From: an uncultured Armatimonadetes bacterium
GTDB lineage: Bacteria > Armatimonadota > UBA5829 > DTJY01
Assembly (NCBI GenBank): GCA_963717145.1
Contig: OY970325.1
Coordinates: 5,152,001 to 5,216,000 of the forward strand
Length of the DNA stretch: 64,000 bases
Direction: 5' to 3'
Below are positions 17,705-28,136 of this stretch, in pieces. Within the stretch, counting starts at the first letter, position 1. Every line of letters starts with the position of its first letter. The notes under the pieces were generated by a model that was not told where the DNA came from, did not search any database, and was given only the letters and a program-made list of their open reading frames with translations. Made by a program: the position numbers and the translations under genes.

Positions 17705-20023
17705 ATGCGATATGCCCTGCCGATCTTGATTCTGTGCCTCGCGTGTGCTCAGGCGGACTCCCTGCTGCCGGGGATGGTTCAGCCCGCCTATCGCGACTGG
17801 GCGATGCGTCCGGGCGCCATGTACGGCTTCTGGCTCTGTACCGGTGCCCGTTCGATCGCGGACCAGATGGATCGAACTGGGGCAAACGCCACCTCCGTGC
17901 ACATGATGATGGGCGTCGAGCAGGATGGGGCTGAGGTCAGAATGCGAGCGCCGAGTCCGCCGCTGGAGATGCCGGTCAGCGCGGGAGTCGGAGTCGGCGA
18001 GCACAACAATCCTTTCTTCGTGCGCTACCCCGAGTGGTTCTGGGGACTGCATCAGGAGGCGCGGATGAAGGATCGGGACGGCAGGACGATCCTCGCGGGC
18101 GACAACCGAGTGCCGGCGATGGATGATCCGCTGCTCACTCGACTGGCGAAGGATCAGATGACCGAGATGGTGCGCCTGCTCGGCGATCGGGATTGGGTCC
18201 GCTACTGGGTCATCGGCGGCGAGGAGTCGTGGCCGGACTACTTCGGCCTCCCCGAGGGCGACTACCGTCCCGCCGCCCGCCGGCACTTCGCCGCATGGAA
18301 GGCGTTCCATACACGACAGAACGAGGTTCTTGATGCTTCGGTAGCAAAGCAGAGCGGCGCTGCCGAAGCGTCGAGAACCTCGTGGCGCGAGTTCCGTGAC
18401 CCCGTCGTCATCGACCGATATGCCGGATACACGGCGCACCTCCATGCGCTCGATCCGACGCGTTCGGCGATGATCCCGACGCACGGCAATCCGTTCACGT
18501 TCGACTTCCGATCCAAGCTCGGATATCCGATCGCGGACTTGGTGGGCGTCGCGGATGGATTCGAGGCCGGCCCGATCTCGATCGACGACGATTGCGAGCG
18601 CCTCATCCGAATGACGCTCGACCAGCAGACGAGCTTCGGCCTGCCGGTCGCCGCACCCCGGCTCGGGAACAAGCAGCTGGACCCGTCCGCTCGTGGTGGT
18701 GGGCGGACCTTCACTCCCGCGAGCCTGCGCCGGACCGTTTACGAGGCGCTCGGGCTCGGCGTCGGGCACATCGGGCTCGTTCAATGGGCGGGCGACCTCC
18801 CTGACGGCGAGTGGGGGATCGCCGGCAGACCCGCCGAGGTCGAGGCGAAGCGCGTCTTCGAGGAGCTTCGACTCGCTGGGCCGTATCTCGACGGCTGCTC
18901 CCGACTTCAGCCGCGCGTGGGGGTCTTCATCTCCGATGCGACCTGGAGCCGCTGGTGGCAGGACCGCTGGACGCTCCTCTATGACGAGGCGATCCGGCGC
19001 GGATGGTCGGTCGTGTTGCTGACCGACCCGCAGATCGATGCGGGACTTGCCTCCAGGACACCGGTTCTCATCAGCGTGGATAATCGGGACATCGCTCCCA
19101 CGACGCAGGTGCGGCTCTCGGAATACACGCGTGCGGGCGGACGGATCATCATTCCCGAGGACGTGGACGGCCCGACGGTGCGTGTGATCCATCAGACGCA
19201 GACAACCGAGGGCGCGAACACCTGGCCGGTCGAGGTGAAACCGCTCCCGATGGATGCGATCGAGGCCGCCATCGTCCCCGCTGATCTTCGCCCGGTGATT
19301 GTGCTGGAGAACGGCAAGCACGCGGAAGGGATCGAGCCGCTGCTCCTCACTGACGGGACGAACATGCAGGTGGTCCTGGTCAACCGCACGAAGGAACGCA
19401 GGAACGTCCGGCTCTCGTCTGATAATGTCGGACCGGTCGGACCAGTCGGACAAGTCAGAGATCTCCTTACTGGCGAGCTGGTCCCCGGTGACATCACCAT
19501 CGAGCCGCTGGGGACGGCGCTCGTTTCTCTCGAGACGCCGATCAGCGCTGAGATGGCGAAATCCGAGGTCGAGAAAGCCGAGGCCGCCGCCGCCCGGTGG
19601 ACGAAACTTGGCGCTGAGGGCCACTTCGCTTCTCTCCTCACACGTGCACAGGATCACCTCAAGGCGGAGCGTCCATCGAAGGCCTATGCGCTCGCGCGGA
19701 GCATCACCCACTCCCTGGCGCTTCGGAACTCAGTCGACGGACTGCGCGTCGAGGCGCTGGCGTGGGATGCCGACGGACGACCCGCGAAGAACGCCCGGGT
19801 TCGCATGCGGCTCGTGCCTGGCAAGTTCGAGTGGTCCGCGCTGCACGAGACGTCTCCCGGCGTCTACCGTATCGATCTGAGGAGGGAGGACCTCCCGCTG
19901 TTCTACAATCCCTCGACCGAGAAGTATGAACTCGCCGACGGTGCGACCGAGATCATCGTCGATGCGTCCGTCGGCGACCTTCGGGGCGGCATGCGGGCCT
20001 CGATATCATTGAACGGCAGGTAG
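17705..20023 (+). CDS. Secreted GH42/beta-galactosidase-like glycoside hydrolase
   Basis: Signal peptide; PEWFW...MKDRDG, YWVIGGEE, trimerisation-like middle region. Confidence 0.6.
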   Translation: MRYALPILILCLACAQADSLLPGMVQPAYRDWAMRPGAMYGFWLCTGARSIADQMDRTGANATSVHMMMGVEQDGAEVRMRAPSPPLEMPVSAGVGVGEHNNPFFVRYPEWFWGLHQEARMKDRDGRTILAGDNRVPAMDDPLLTRLAKDQMTEMVRLLGDRDWVRYWVIGGEESWPDYFGLPEGDYRPAARRHFAAWKAFHTRQNEVLDASVAKQSGAAEASRTSWREFRDPVVIDRYAGYTAHLHALDPTRSAMIPTHGNPFTFDFRSKLGYPIADLVGVADGFEAGPISIDDDCERLIRMTLDQQTSFGLPVAAPRLGNKQLDPSARGGGRTFTPASLRRTVYEALGLGVGHIGLVQWAGDLPDGEWGIAGRPAEVEAKRVFEELRLAGPYLDGCSRLQPRVGVFISDATWSRWWQDRWTLLYDEAIRRGWSVVLLTDPQIDAGLASRTPVLISVDNRDIAPTTQVRLSEYTRAGGRIIIPEDVDGPTVRVIHQTQTTEGANTWPVEVKPLPMDAIEAAIVPADLRPVIVLENGKHAEGIEPLLLTDGTNMQVVLVNRTKERRNVRLSSDNVGPVGPVGQVRDLLTGELVPGDITIEPLGTALVSLETPISAEMAKSEVEKAEAAAARWTKLGAEGHFASLLTRAQDHLKAERPSKAYALARSITHSLALRNSVDGLRVEALAWDADGRPAKNARVRMRLVPGKFEWSALHETSPGVYRIDLRREDLPLFYNPSTEKYELADGATEIIVDASVGDLRGGMRASISLNGR

Positions 20024-23000
20024 ATGATGAAGATGATGCTATTTCTGACGCTTGTTATCGCTGTGTCCGCGATCGGCGCGTCGCGTGCCGATGAGCCGCT
20101 GATCGGCTTCGTCAACCACTTCCCCTGGATCGACAAGGGGATGGACGACGTGCCGAAATCGGGCTCGAATGCCGTGATCTTCCGTGCGGTCTCCGGCATC
20201 GAGGCGGAGGAGGGGAAGTATGACTGGAACAGTATCGACTGGCAGATCGCGTTCGCGGAGAAGAACAAGCTGAAGATCATCCTGCTCCTGGAGGCGAACC
20301 CGGTCTACTCGCCTGCCTGGCTGACGGAGAAATGCCGTGCAGCCGGCGAAATGCAGATGGATTTCAACGGACGACCTCACACCACGCCGTCGATGACCTC
20401 GGGCATCTTCAAGGCCTGGCACGAGAAGTTCGTCCGCGCCGTGATCGCTCATATCCGGGAGCGCGATACGACCGGCGTAGTGATCGGCTATCAGCCCGGC
20501 GCGGAGTGGTGGTACGAGTCGGGATTTCGCTTCAACCCCGCGGAGATCGCGGCGTTCAGGCAGTGGCTCGAGGCCAAGTACGGATCGATCGACCGCCTGA
20601 ATTCGACCTGGAAGAGCGGTTACAGCAGCTTCGATGCCGTGAATCCACCGAAGCTGACCGGCTCCGAGTTGGGGGCGGCGGACCGCCTCTCGCCCTTCGA
20701 GCCCGCTGAGGACATCGCCAATGACCTCTCATGGAGCATCCACACCGACGTGCCTATCGAAGCGGGCAAGGAATACGTCTTCCGCGCGAAGGTCCGGACG
20801 AAAGACGTGCGAGGGGAGGGCGCATTCCTCCAAATCGCGTGGCGTCAGGGCGACAACGGAACGCCGATATGGACCTCGAACAGCGACCGGCTGAAGGGCA
20901 CGGCATCCTGGCGACAGTTGGAGATGATCGTGAAGGCCCCGGACCGGGCGAAGTCCGCGTGGCTGCTCCTCAAGCTGCACGGCAACGGCACGGTCAGCTT
21001 CGACGACGTCTTCTTCGGCGAGAAGGGATCGGAGCTTAACCTCGCGCCGAACCCGGATCTCAGTCAGGGCACGGACACTCCCGACGCCTGGTTCCTGGAC
21101 AACTGGACGCAGAGCCCTCGGGCGAAGGGCAGATTCGAGAGCGGTTCCCTCACCATCGACATGCCTCGCTCGGATGAAAAGCGCGAGTTCGGGAACATGC
21201 GGGCCGTCTCGTACGACTGGTTCACGTTCGGGAGCGAGTTCCTCGGCGACTACATCGAAGGGTTCTGCAAGCTGGTCAAACATGCCGATCCATCGCGGCT
21301 CACGGTCGGTTACCTTACTTATGCGTTCGCCTTTTCTGTGGAGTGGGACTATACGCAGCACGTCGGGATGGCGCTCGATGTCATCCTTCCGAAGCTCCGG
21401 CATATGGATGTCATCGGCATGCAGATCTGCTCCGCCGACGGTGACCCCGTGAGGATCACGGCCGCGATCGACCTCGCGCGGAAGTATGGCAAGCCGGTCT
21501 ACGCGATTGACGTCATCGACTTCACGTCCGGCGTCGCGGTCGGCTACCCGGCGATGGATAATGTCACTAAGGAGGCGATCCGTCACGGCGCGACCGGCGT
21601 GTTCTACTACTGCTGGTATGGCACTCCCGATTACGATTACTACACCGGCATGCCGCTCGCCGATCTCGAGAAGATGCTCACGCGGGGCAGGAGGTCCGCG
21701 GCCGATGCGCCCTCCCGGGTCGCGATCATCCAGCCGATCTTGCCGACGGTCTTCGCAAGCGGGCCGAGGGACAACGACTTCCGCGACTTCGTCGGCGTGT
21801 ACAAGGCTGTCACGGATCTGAGCATAATCCCGGACATCTGGACACTGCACGAACTCGCCGAGCAGAGGCCCGACCTCCGGGCGCGGTACGATGTGATCTT
21901 CCTTCCGGACTGTGCGTACTCCCTGCCTGAGGTTCCCGGTATCCTCCGAGACTTCATGAAGCGCGGGGGAAAGCTTGTCACCTCGGGCCGAATTCCACAG
22001 GTCGATCACCTCGGCAACAAGATCAGCGCCCGGCTCGACGGCGCGGTCTCCCTGGGGCGCTTCGGCACGGACTACCTTGGGGAGATCGTTCGCTCCACGA
22101 GCGCCGGGAATACGCCGCCGCTATTCCGACAAGTCGCGGATGCCGGTCTGGAAAAGCGTCGTGAGGCCCTGAGGGAGAAGATCTCGGGATTTCTTCCCAC
22201 GACCATCGCATGGAGCGGCGAATCCCATGCCGGTGAGGGCTTCAAATGCCCGCTCGAACTGCGAAACGGCGACATCCTCGTCAACAGGACGGTAGGTGTC
22301 CCCTCAGGAGGCGTCTCGATCGCCTGTTTCCGAAGCACCGACAGTGGCCTGACATGGAGCAGGTTCAGCGATATCGTCCATAGCGACGAGCCGGGCATCG
22401 ACATCGGCGACGGGCACATGATGCGGTTGCGCAACGGCGACATCCTCTACTCCTACCGCAGGAACCTGGGCAGGCAGCATACGTATCGCCTGGAGGTCGC
22501 GATCAGCAGGGACAATGGCGCGACGTGGAAGCCGCATTCGGAGGTCGCACGAGCCGAGGGCGAATTCCGCGGCCTCTGGTCGACCTTCCTGCTGGAGAAA
22601 AGCGACGGCACGCTCCAATGCTACTACGATGACGAGGATACCCCCGGCAAGGCCGGCTTCCATCGGCATCAGTGGCTCACGATGAAGACGTGGGAGCCCA
22701 GGTCAAAGACATGGATCGACCCCGTCACAGTGAGCCGGGCGCACAACTCGGTGCATCTCTCGCGCGACGGCATGTGCACGGTCGTCGAGCTGTCGAAGAA
22801 CAAGCTGCTCTGCGCCTTCGAGACCGTGCAGACGTATCCGCCGCACAGAGGCGTGCTCATGTCCGTGACCTCGGACGACGGCGGCAAGACGTGGAGTTGG
22901 CAGCGGAAGGAGCGCGATCTGCTCTATCAGCCGCCGAACCCGGACTTCAATGCGCTCGCCTCGTGGATGATCAAGCTCTCGACGGGTGACATCCTCTGCG

Positions 23001-23248
23001 TCTTCACGACCGACGAGGACCGTGAGAAACCGGGAGTCGCCGCCACCGCTGTAATGGACCAGTCACTTAAGTACATCATCAGCCGCGACGGGGGTAAGAC
23101 CTGGTCGAAGTCATCCGTCATTGACGCGGATCACCCGATCTACTTCCCAGGGGTCTGCGAGCTGAGGCACGGCGAGCGGAAGGGCGCGCTCCTCGTGCAG
23201 TACAGCGGCCCCCGGGGACATGAAGTGAAGCGTGGTACGATGCCCTGA
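20024..23248 (+). CDS. Secreted GH42-like hydrolase with inserted CBM4/9-like domain, fused to an Asp-box (sialidase-like) beta-propeller
   Basis: IEAEEGKYDW, PAWL, FRQWLEAKYGSIDRLNSTW; Asp boxes STDSGLTW, SRDNGATW, SDDGGKTW, SRDGGKTW. Confidence 0.75.
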   Translation: MMKMMLFLTLVIAVSAIGASRADEPLIGFVNHFPWIDKGMDDVPKSGSNAVIFRAVSGIEAEEGKYDWNSIDWQIAFAEKNKLKIILLLEANPVYSPAWLTEKCRAAGEMQMDFNGRPHTTPSMTSGIFKAWHEKFVRAVIAHIRERDTTGVVIGYQPGAEWWYESGFRFNPAEIAAFRQWLEAKYGSIDRLNSTWKSGYSSFDAVNPPKLTGSELGAADRLSPFEPAEDIANDLSWSIHTDVPIEAGKEYVFRAKVRTKDVRGEGAFLQIAWRQGDNGTPIWTSNSDRLKGTASWRQLEMIVKAPDRAKSAWLLLKLHGNGTVSFDDVFFGEKGSELNLAPNPDLSQGTDTPDAWFLDNWTQSPRAKGRFESGSLTIDMPRSDEKREFGNMRAVSYDWFTFGSEFLGDYIEGFCKLVKHADPSRLTVGYLTYAFAFSVEWDYTQHVGMALDVILPKLRHMDVIGMQICSADGDPVRITAAIDLARKYGKPVYAIDVIDFTSGVAVGYPAMDNVTKEAIRHGATGVFYYCWYGTPDYDYYTGMPLADLEKMLTRGRRSAADAPSRVAIIQPILPTVFASGPRDNDFRDFVGVYKAVTDLSIIPDIWTLHELAEQRPDLRARYDVIFLPDCAYSLPEVPGILRDFMKRGGKLVTSGRIPQVDHLGNKISARLDGAVSLGRFGTDYLGEIVRSTSAGNTPPLFRQVADAGLEKRREALREKISGFLPTTIAWSGESHAGEGFKCPLELRNGDILVNRTVGVPSGGVSIACFRSTDSGLTWSRFSDIVHSDEPGIDIGDGHMMRLRNGDILYSYRRNLGRQHTYRLEVAISRDNGATWKPHSEVARAEGEFRGLWSTFLLEKSDGTLQCYYDDEDTPGKAGFHRHQWLTMKTWEPRSKTWIDPVTVSRAHNSVHLSRDGMCTVVELSKNKLLCAFETVQTYPPHRGVLMSVTSDDGGKTWSWQRKERDLLYQPPNPDFNALASWMIKLSTGDILCVFTTDEDREKPGVAATAVMDQSLKYIISRDGGKTWSKSSVIDADHPIYFPGVCELRHGERKGALLVQYSGPRGHEVKRGTMP

Positions 23249-23358
23249 CGACGCCTGTGGAGTGCGTTGATCCTGAACCAAGTTCAGGATGACGGCGACT
23301 CTAGTCATCCTGAACTTGGTTCAGGATCAACGCACTCCACAGGCGTCGTCAGGGCATC
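23239..23358. repeat. Perfect 55-bp inverted repeat with 10-nt loop
   Basis: 23239-23293 is the exact reverse complement of 23304-23358; core GTCATCCTGAACTTGGTTCAGGATC. Confidence 0.92.
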
Positions 23359-23408
23359 CTCGGCAAGAGGATTTGCCTCGGGTCTCGGTGAAGTTCCCAG
23401 GAAGAACC

Positions 23409-24750
23409 ATGCGCTATTTCCCTTATGGTAAAGCCGCCTTGTGTATACTGACAGCCGCCGTGATATCCGGCGTCTGGTTGCTTGCCCACCCCGTACGCCA
23501 GAAGACCGCCACCCTCACTTTCTGGATCTTTGCCAAGAACCACTATGATGCCTGTCTCGAGGCCGCCAACTCGTTCGAGAAGACCCATCCGGGCGTGACT
23601 GTGGACGTGCAACTGGTGGCCGGTCCGGCCGTGACCCACCGGCTGCAGGCCGCGTTCTGGAGCGACCTCGATGTCCCCGATCTGGTCGAGACCGAGATAA
23701 GCGCCGCCGGGATGTTCTTCCGGGGACCGCTCGAGCACGTGGGCTTCGTCGACCTCACCGACCGCATTCATGAGTCGGGGCTCTGGGACGAAATGGTCCA
23801 GTCGCGGTTCGCTCCCTATACCGAGCCGGGGACGCATCTTCGGCCTGCCGAACGATATCCATCCGGTGATGTTGGCGTACCGGCGGGACATCTTCGAGCA
23901 GGAGGGCGTCGATGTAAGCGAGATCAAGACCTGGGACGATTTCGTCGCGGTCGGGCGCAAGTTGACGATCCCGAACAAGCGGTACATGATCGAGTTCTCT
24001 GACAGCAGCCCGTGGTCGCTGGAGATGCTCCTCTTCCAGCGAGGCGGCGGATACTTCGATGCCGAGGGCCGGTGCACGATGGATGACGAGATCGCCGTGC
24101 AGACGATGCGCTGGTATGTGCCGCTGGTCGCCGGCCCGAAGAAGATCGGCAACAGCCTCGGAAGCGGCCAGGGCAGCGGCCAGATGCTGACGCGAGCTGT
24201 TGAGGACGCCTATATACTCTGCCTGATCGCGCCCGACTGGCGGACGAAGCAGATAGAGATGGACATCCCGCGCATGTCTGGCAAGATGGCACTGATGCCG
24301 CTCCCCGCCGTGAAACCGGGCGGACGGTGCACGAGCACATGGGGCGGGACGATGATCGGCGTCACCAAGCACTGCAGGAATCAGGACCTGGCGTGGGAGT
24401 TCGCCAGGCACCTGTATCTCGACAGCAGCGAACTCGCCGAGCGCTTCCGATCGACCAACACCCTGCCTGCTCTGCGCAAGGCGTGGCTCGAGCCGGCCTT
24501 CAATGAGCCGCGCCCGTACTGGAGTGGCCAGCGGATCGGGCAAATGTATGTGGGTCTTGCCCCGGAAGTCCCCCCACAGTACACGAGCCCGTTCGTCGTG
24601 ACCGCCAAGTCGAAGATGAGCGAGGCGCTCGTTGAGTGCGTCCAGCGATACAATCAGCACGGTGATGAAGGCTTCGAGGAGTCCGTCCGCGCCACACTGA
24701 AGAAGAGCGCTGATGAGGTCCGAGCGATGATCAGGAGGAACCCCTATTGA
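23409..24750 (+). CDS. Carbohydrate ABC transporter substrate-binding protein; frameshift near 23821
   Basis: N-terminal anchor; FEKTHPGVTV, FGLPND, YRRDIFEQ, TWDDF, WGGT, AWEF; removing one C restores YTSRGRI. Confidence 0.85.
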
Positions 24751-26129
24751 TGAGCAAGCATCTTGTCCCAACGCTGTGCATACTTCTGACCGCCGTCTGC
24801 GCCGGAATGGCGATGGGCACAGTCGCGGTGTCTGTCGACGCATCGAAGTCCATCGGCCCATTCAACCCCATCTGCCGTGACTTTGGACAGGGCGGGGAGA
24901 GCGCAGACCCGGATTACCTCCGTCCGCTGATCGAGCCAATGCGGGCGCTCAAACCGCGGCTGATCCGCTTGGACCACGTCCTGAATCACTGCGTGAAGGC
25001 CGAGGTCAAGGATGGCAAGATGACCGTGGACTTCACAGCGCTGGACAAGCGGCTTGAGATCATCCGCGCGATGGGCGCCGAGCCGCTTATGTGCCTGAGC
25101 TTCTCTCCGATGACGATCAGCGGGCAGAAATCGAACATAGACCCACCAAACGATCTGAAGTTCTGGGAAGAACTCGTCTACCGAGTGGTGAAGTACGTCA
25201 ACGGCGATCGCAAACTTGGGGTGAAGTACTGGGAATTGTGGAATGAGCCGAACCTCAGAGTATTCTGGACGGGCAACAGGGAGCAGTTCCTCGAGCTGTA
25301 CGAGGTCACTGAGAAAGCCGTCATTCGGGCGGATCCCACCGTGAAGTTCGGCGGCGCGGGCTACTACGGATTCCCCGATGACTGGATTCGCGCCATGGCG
25401 GAACAAGCCAAGTCGAAGGGTCTGCGTATGGACTTCATCTCGTGGCATGTGTACAAGGACTCGCGCGCAGGCGTCGAGCAGCAGGTCACGCGGGCTCGCG
25501 CCTTGCTGAAGGAACTGGGGCTGAAGTCGGAGCTGATAGTCGACGAGTGGAACTACAACGCGCAGCTCGATCCGGGCAACGACGACCACAACGGCGCAGT
25601 CATCGTGGCCGACATGATATGCAGGATGACTGAGTCAGGCATCGACCGCGCGCCGTTCTTCGAGATCAAGGACGGCTCGAACGAGAACCGCTACTGGGGG
25701 CGCTGGGGGCTGTTCACCGCCGACCATCACCCTAAGGCGTCCTACTATGCATTCCTCGGGTTCGCCCATATGGAGGGTAACCGCCTGTCATTCGCCGGCG
25801 CGCAGAAGCTTCCGGGCGGCGAGGTCATCAGCAAGTCCCCGGCCAGGATAGGCGGCATGGCGGTCGGTAAGGGCAAGACGCTCGATGTGGTCCTCTACAA
25901 CACGAGCCTGAAGCTGGATGAGACCGTGGACCTGACGATATCGGGGCTCGGCAAGTCGGCAGTCAGGGCACATGTCTATCGCATAGACGAAACCCACTCC
26001 AACCCCGCGCGAACCGGCCGGGAGAACGGCCTCGAACAAGTTGATGAGCAGATGCTCAGTCCAAAGAATGGCGTCATTCGGATGAACGTCACGCTGCCCA
26101 GGCGCTCGGTCGCATTTGTGCGTTTGTGA
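24750..26129 (+). CDS. GH39-like glycoside hydrolase, secreted
   Basis: WELWNEPN acid/base, DFISWH, IVDEWN nucleophile, WGLF. Confidence 0.82.
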   Translation: MSKHLVPTLCILLTAVCAGMAMGTVAVSVDASKSIGPFNPICRDFGQGGESADPDYLRPLIEPMRALKPRLIRLDHVLNHCVKAEVKDGKMTVDFTALDKRLEIIRAMGAEPLMCLSFSPMTISGQKSNIDPPNDLKFWEELVYRVVKYVNGDRKLGVKYWELWNEPNLRVFWTGNREQFLELYEVTEKAVIRADPTVKFGGAGYYGFPDDWIRAMAEQAKSKGLRMDFISWHVYKDSRAGVEQQVTRARALLKELGLKSELIVDEWNYNAQLDPGNDDHNGAVIVADMICRMTESGIDRAPFFEIKDGSNENRYWGRWGLFTADHHPKASYYAFLGFAHMEGNRLSFAGAQKLPGGEVISKSPARIGGMAVGKGKTLDVVLYNTSLKLDETVDLTISGLGKSAVRAHVYRIDETHSNPARTGRENGLEQVDEQMLSPKNGVIRMNVTLPRRSVAFVRL

Positions 26130-27070
26130 GAGAGATGATGGGAGAACCCGTTGGCAGAAGAGGCTCTGAAGGATCGAGGTGGTTCGCGTTCCAGTACCGG
26201 TACGCGCCATATCTGTTCGTCTCGCCGTTCCTCCTCATATTCGCCGTATTCGGAGCCTGGCCGATAATCAAGAGCCTGATCCTCTCGTTCCACACCACCA
26301 ACGGTCCGAAGGACGTGGTCTTCGTCGGCCTGAGCAACTTCAGGTTTCTGATGGACGATCCCGACTTCCTGAAGGCAGTCTCGAACACGGCCCAGTACGC
26401 ATTCTGGTCCGTGTTCCTGCAACTCCCGCTCAGCCTCGGATTGGCCATCCTGCTGAGCCGGAACTGGCTCAGGGGCCGGGAGTTCCTCCGGCTCGCATTC
26501 TTCTCGCCGCACCTGCTCGGACAGGTCTTTGTGGGAGTGCTTTTCAGCGTGATCTTCATCCCGCAGTACGGCCTGCTCAACAAGGTGCTGCACGCGATCG
26601 CCGGGGTGCCGCTGGACACCAAGTGGCTCGCCAATCCATCCCTGGTGATGCCGGCGCTCGTGCTCACGTCGCTGTGGATGTACGTCGGATTCAACATGAT
26701 CTACTTCCTGGCGGCGCTTCAGGCGGTCGACCGCGAACTCTACGACGCCGCTCAGGTCGATGGGGCGAACGGATGGCAGACGTTCCGCGCGGTGACGATG
26801 CCTGGGATCAAGCCGGTCGCCGTCTTCGTGCTGGTGATGAGCACCATCGGCTCGTTCCAACTCTTCGAGCTGCCGTATACCATGCTGGGTAACAGTCCCG
26901 GACCGGACAAGGCGGGGCTGACCGTGGTGATGCACCTCTACGAGAGTGGCTTCGTGACCGGCGACCTCGGATATGCATCGGCGATTGGGTGGACTCTCGC
27001 GCTCGGCGTGCTGGTGATCAGCCTGATTCAGATGCGGGTCACCGGCGCGTGGAAGGGAGGGACGTCGTGA
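26126..27070 (+). CDS. Carbohydrate ABC permease (MalF-type)
   Basis: FVGLSNF, ELYDAAQVDGA (EAA motif). Confidence 0.92.
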   Translation: MREMMGEPVGRRGSEGSRWFAFQYRYAPYLFVSPFLLIFAVFGAWPIIKSLILSFHTTNGPKDVVFVGLSNFRFLMDDPDFLKAVSNTAQYAFWSVFLQLPLSLGLAILLSRNWLRGREFLRLAFFSPHLLGQVFVGVLFSVIFIPQYGLLNKVLHAIAGVPLDTKWLANPSLVMPALVLTSLWMYVGFNMIYFLAALQAVDRELYDAAQVDGANGWQTFRAVTMPGIKPVAVFVLVMSTIGSFQLFELPYTMLGNSPGPDKAGLTVVMHLYESGFVTGDLGYASAIGWTLALGVLVISLIQMRVTGAWKGGTS

Positions 27071-27074
27071 GAAA

Positions 27075-27165
27075 GGGTGTTGGGTGTTCGGTGTTGGGTG
27101 AGGCGGCGCGGGAGCGCCTCAGGGGTGTTGGGGCTCCTACTCATACTCATACTCATATTCATACC
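27075..27165 (+). repeat. GGGTGTT heptamer run and (ATACTC)n hexamer run
   Basis: About 3.7 heptamer units at 27075-27100; hexamers at about 27136-27165. Confidence 0.75.
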
Positions 27166-27188
27166 CAAGAACCCGGGAGCGAAACACC

Positions 27189-28001
27189 ATGAGGCTGCTG
27201 GTTCGAGGACTCGCCTATCTGCTGCTGATCGTCGGGGCGGCTATCGCGCTCACTCCGATACTCTGGCTCGTGGCGGCGACAACCAAAGGCCCGGACGACC
27301 TCTTCCATTACACGTTCTTCGCGCCGAGGTTCTCGTGGTTCAACTTCAGGGGTTTATTCACCACCATCCCGTTCCTCAGGCACATGATGAACAGCATCTT
27401 CATCGCCGGGACGGTCGTGAGCGTGCAGTTGTTCTTCTCGTCGATGGCGGGGTTCGCGCTGGCGAAGTACGAGTTCAAGGGCAAGAGGGCGGTCATGGTC
27501 CTGATGCTTGCCACGATGATGATCCCCGGCCAGGTAGTCATGGCGCCGCTGTACGAGTTGATCTACCGCCTCGGCCTGGTGGATACGTACATGGGGCTAG
27601 TCATCCCCGGCGCGGTGAGCATCTTCGGGATATTCCTGTTCCGCCAGTCGATCCTGCAGGTGCCGAGCGAACTGCTCGACGCCGGCCGGATCGACGGCTG
27701 CTCGGAGTTCCGCCTCTACTGGGACATAGTGATGCCCGTCTCACGCCCGATGATCGGCGCGTTCTGCCTGATCAGCTTCATGGGGTCGTGGAACAGCTTC
27801 CTCTGGCCGCAGATCATCCTCCACCACAGCGACCGGTTCACGCTCCCGATCGCGCTGAATCAGATGGTGGGGCTGTATTCCCAGCAGTACGGCACGCTGA
27901 TGGCGGGGACGCTCCTGAGCGTGCTGCCGGTCGTCATCCTGTTCATGGTCCTGCAGAAGGAGTTCGTGGCGGGCCTCACCGCCGGCGCGGTCAAGGGCTG
28001 A
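27189..28001 (+). CDS. Carbohydrate ABC permease (MalG-type)
   Basis: ELLDAGRIDGC, WNSFLWP, GLTAGAVKG. Confidence 0.92.
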   Translation: MRLLVRGLAYLLLIVGAAIALTPILWLVAATTKGPDDLFHYTFFAPRFSWFNFRGLFTTIPFLRHMMNSIFIAGTVVSVQLFFSSMAGFALAKYEFKGKRAVMVLMLATMMIPGQVVMAPLYELIYRLGLVDTYMGLVIPGAVSIFGIFLFRQSILQVPSELLDAGRIDGCSEFRLYWDIVMPVSRPMIGAFCLISFMGSWNSFLWPQIILHHSDRFTLPIALNQMVGLYSQQYGTLMAGTLLSVLPVVILFMVLQKEFVAGLTAGAVKG

Positions 28002-28031
28002 TCGGAGTGGGATGGCGAACGCATCGAATCC

Positions 28032-28132
28032 GTAGGAGGGATTTGCCGGGATGATCGTGCCCGGTAATCCCGAACGCAACGCATCGACCTTCGGGATTAC
28101 CGGGCACGATCATCCCGGCAAATCCCTCCTAC
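28032..28132. repeat. Perfect 43-bp GTAG-type inverted repeat (REPIN-like) between convergent genes
   Basis: 28032-28074 is the reverse complement of 28090-28132; starts GTAG, ends CTAC; 15-nt loop. Confidence 0.92.
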
Positions 28133-28136
28133 ACCG

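Noticed and set aside
17633-19711. N-terminal extension making a 1166-aa sulfatase
   Set aside because: Antisense to the real 17705-20023 gene; the sulfatase begins at MAQRQPNL
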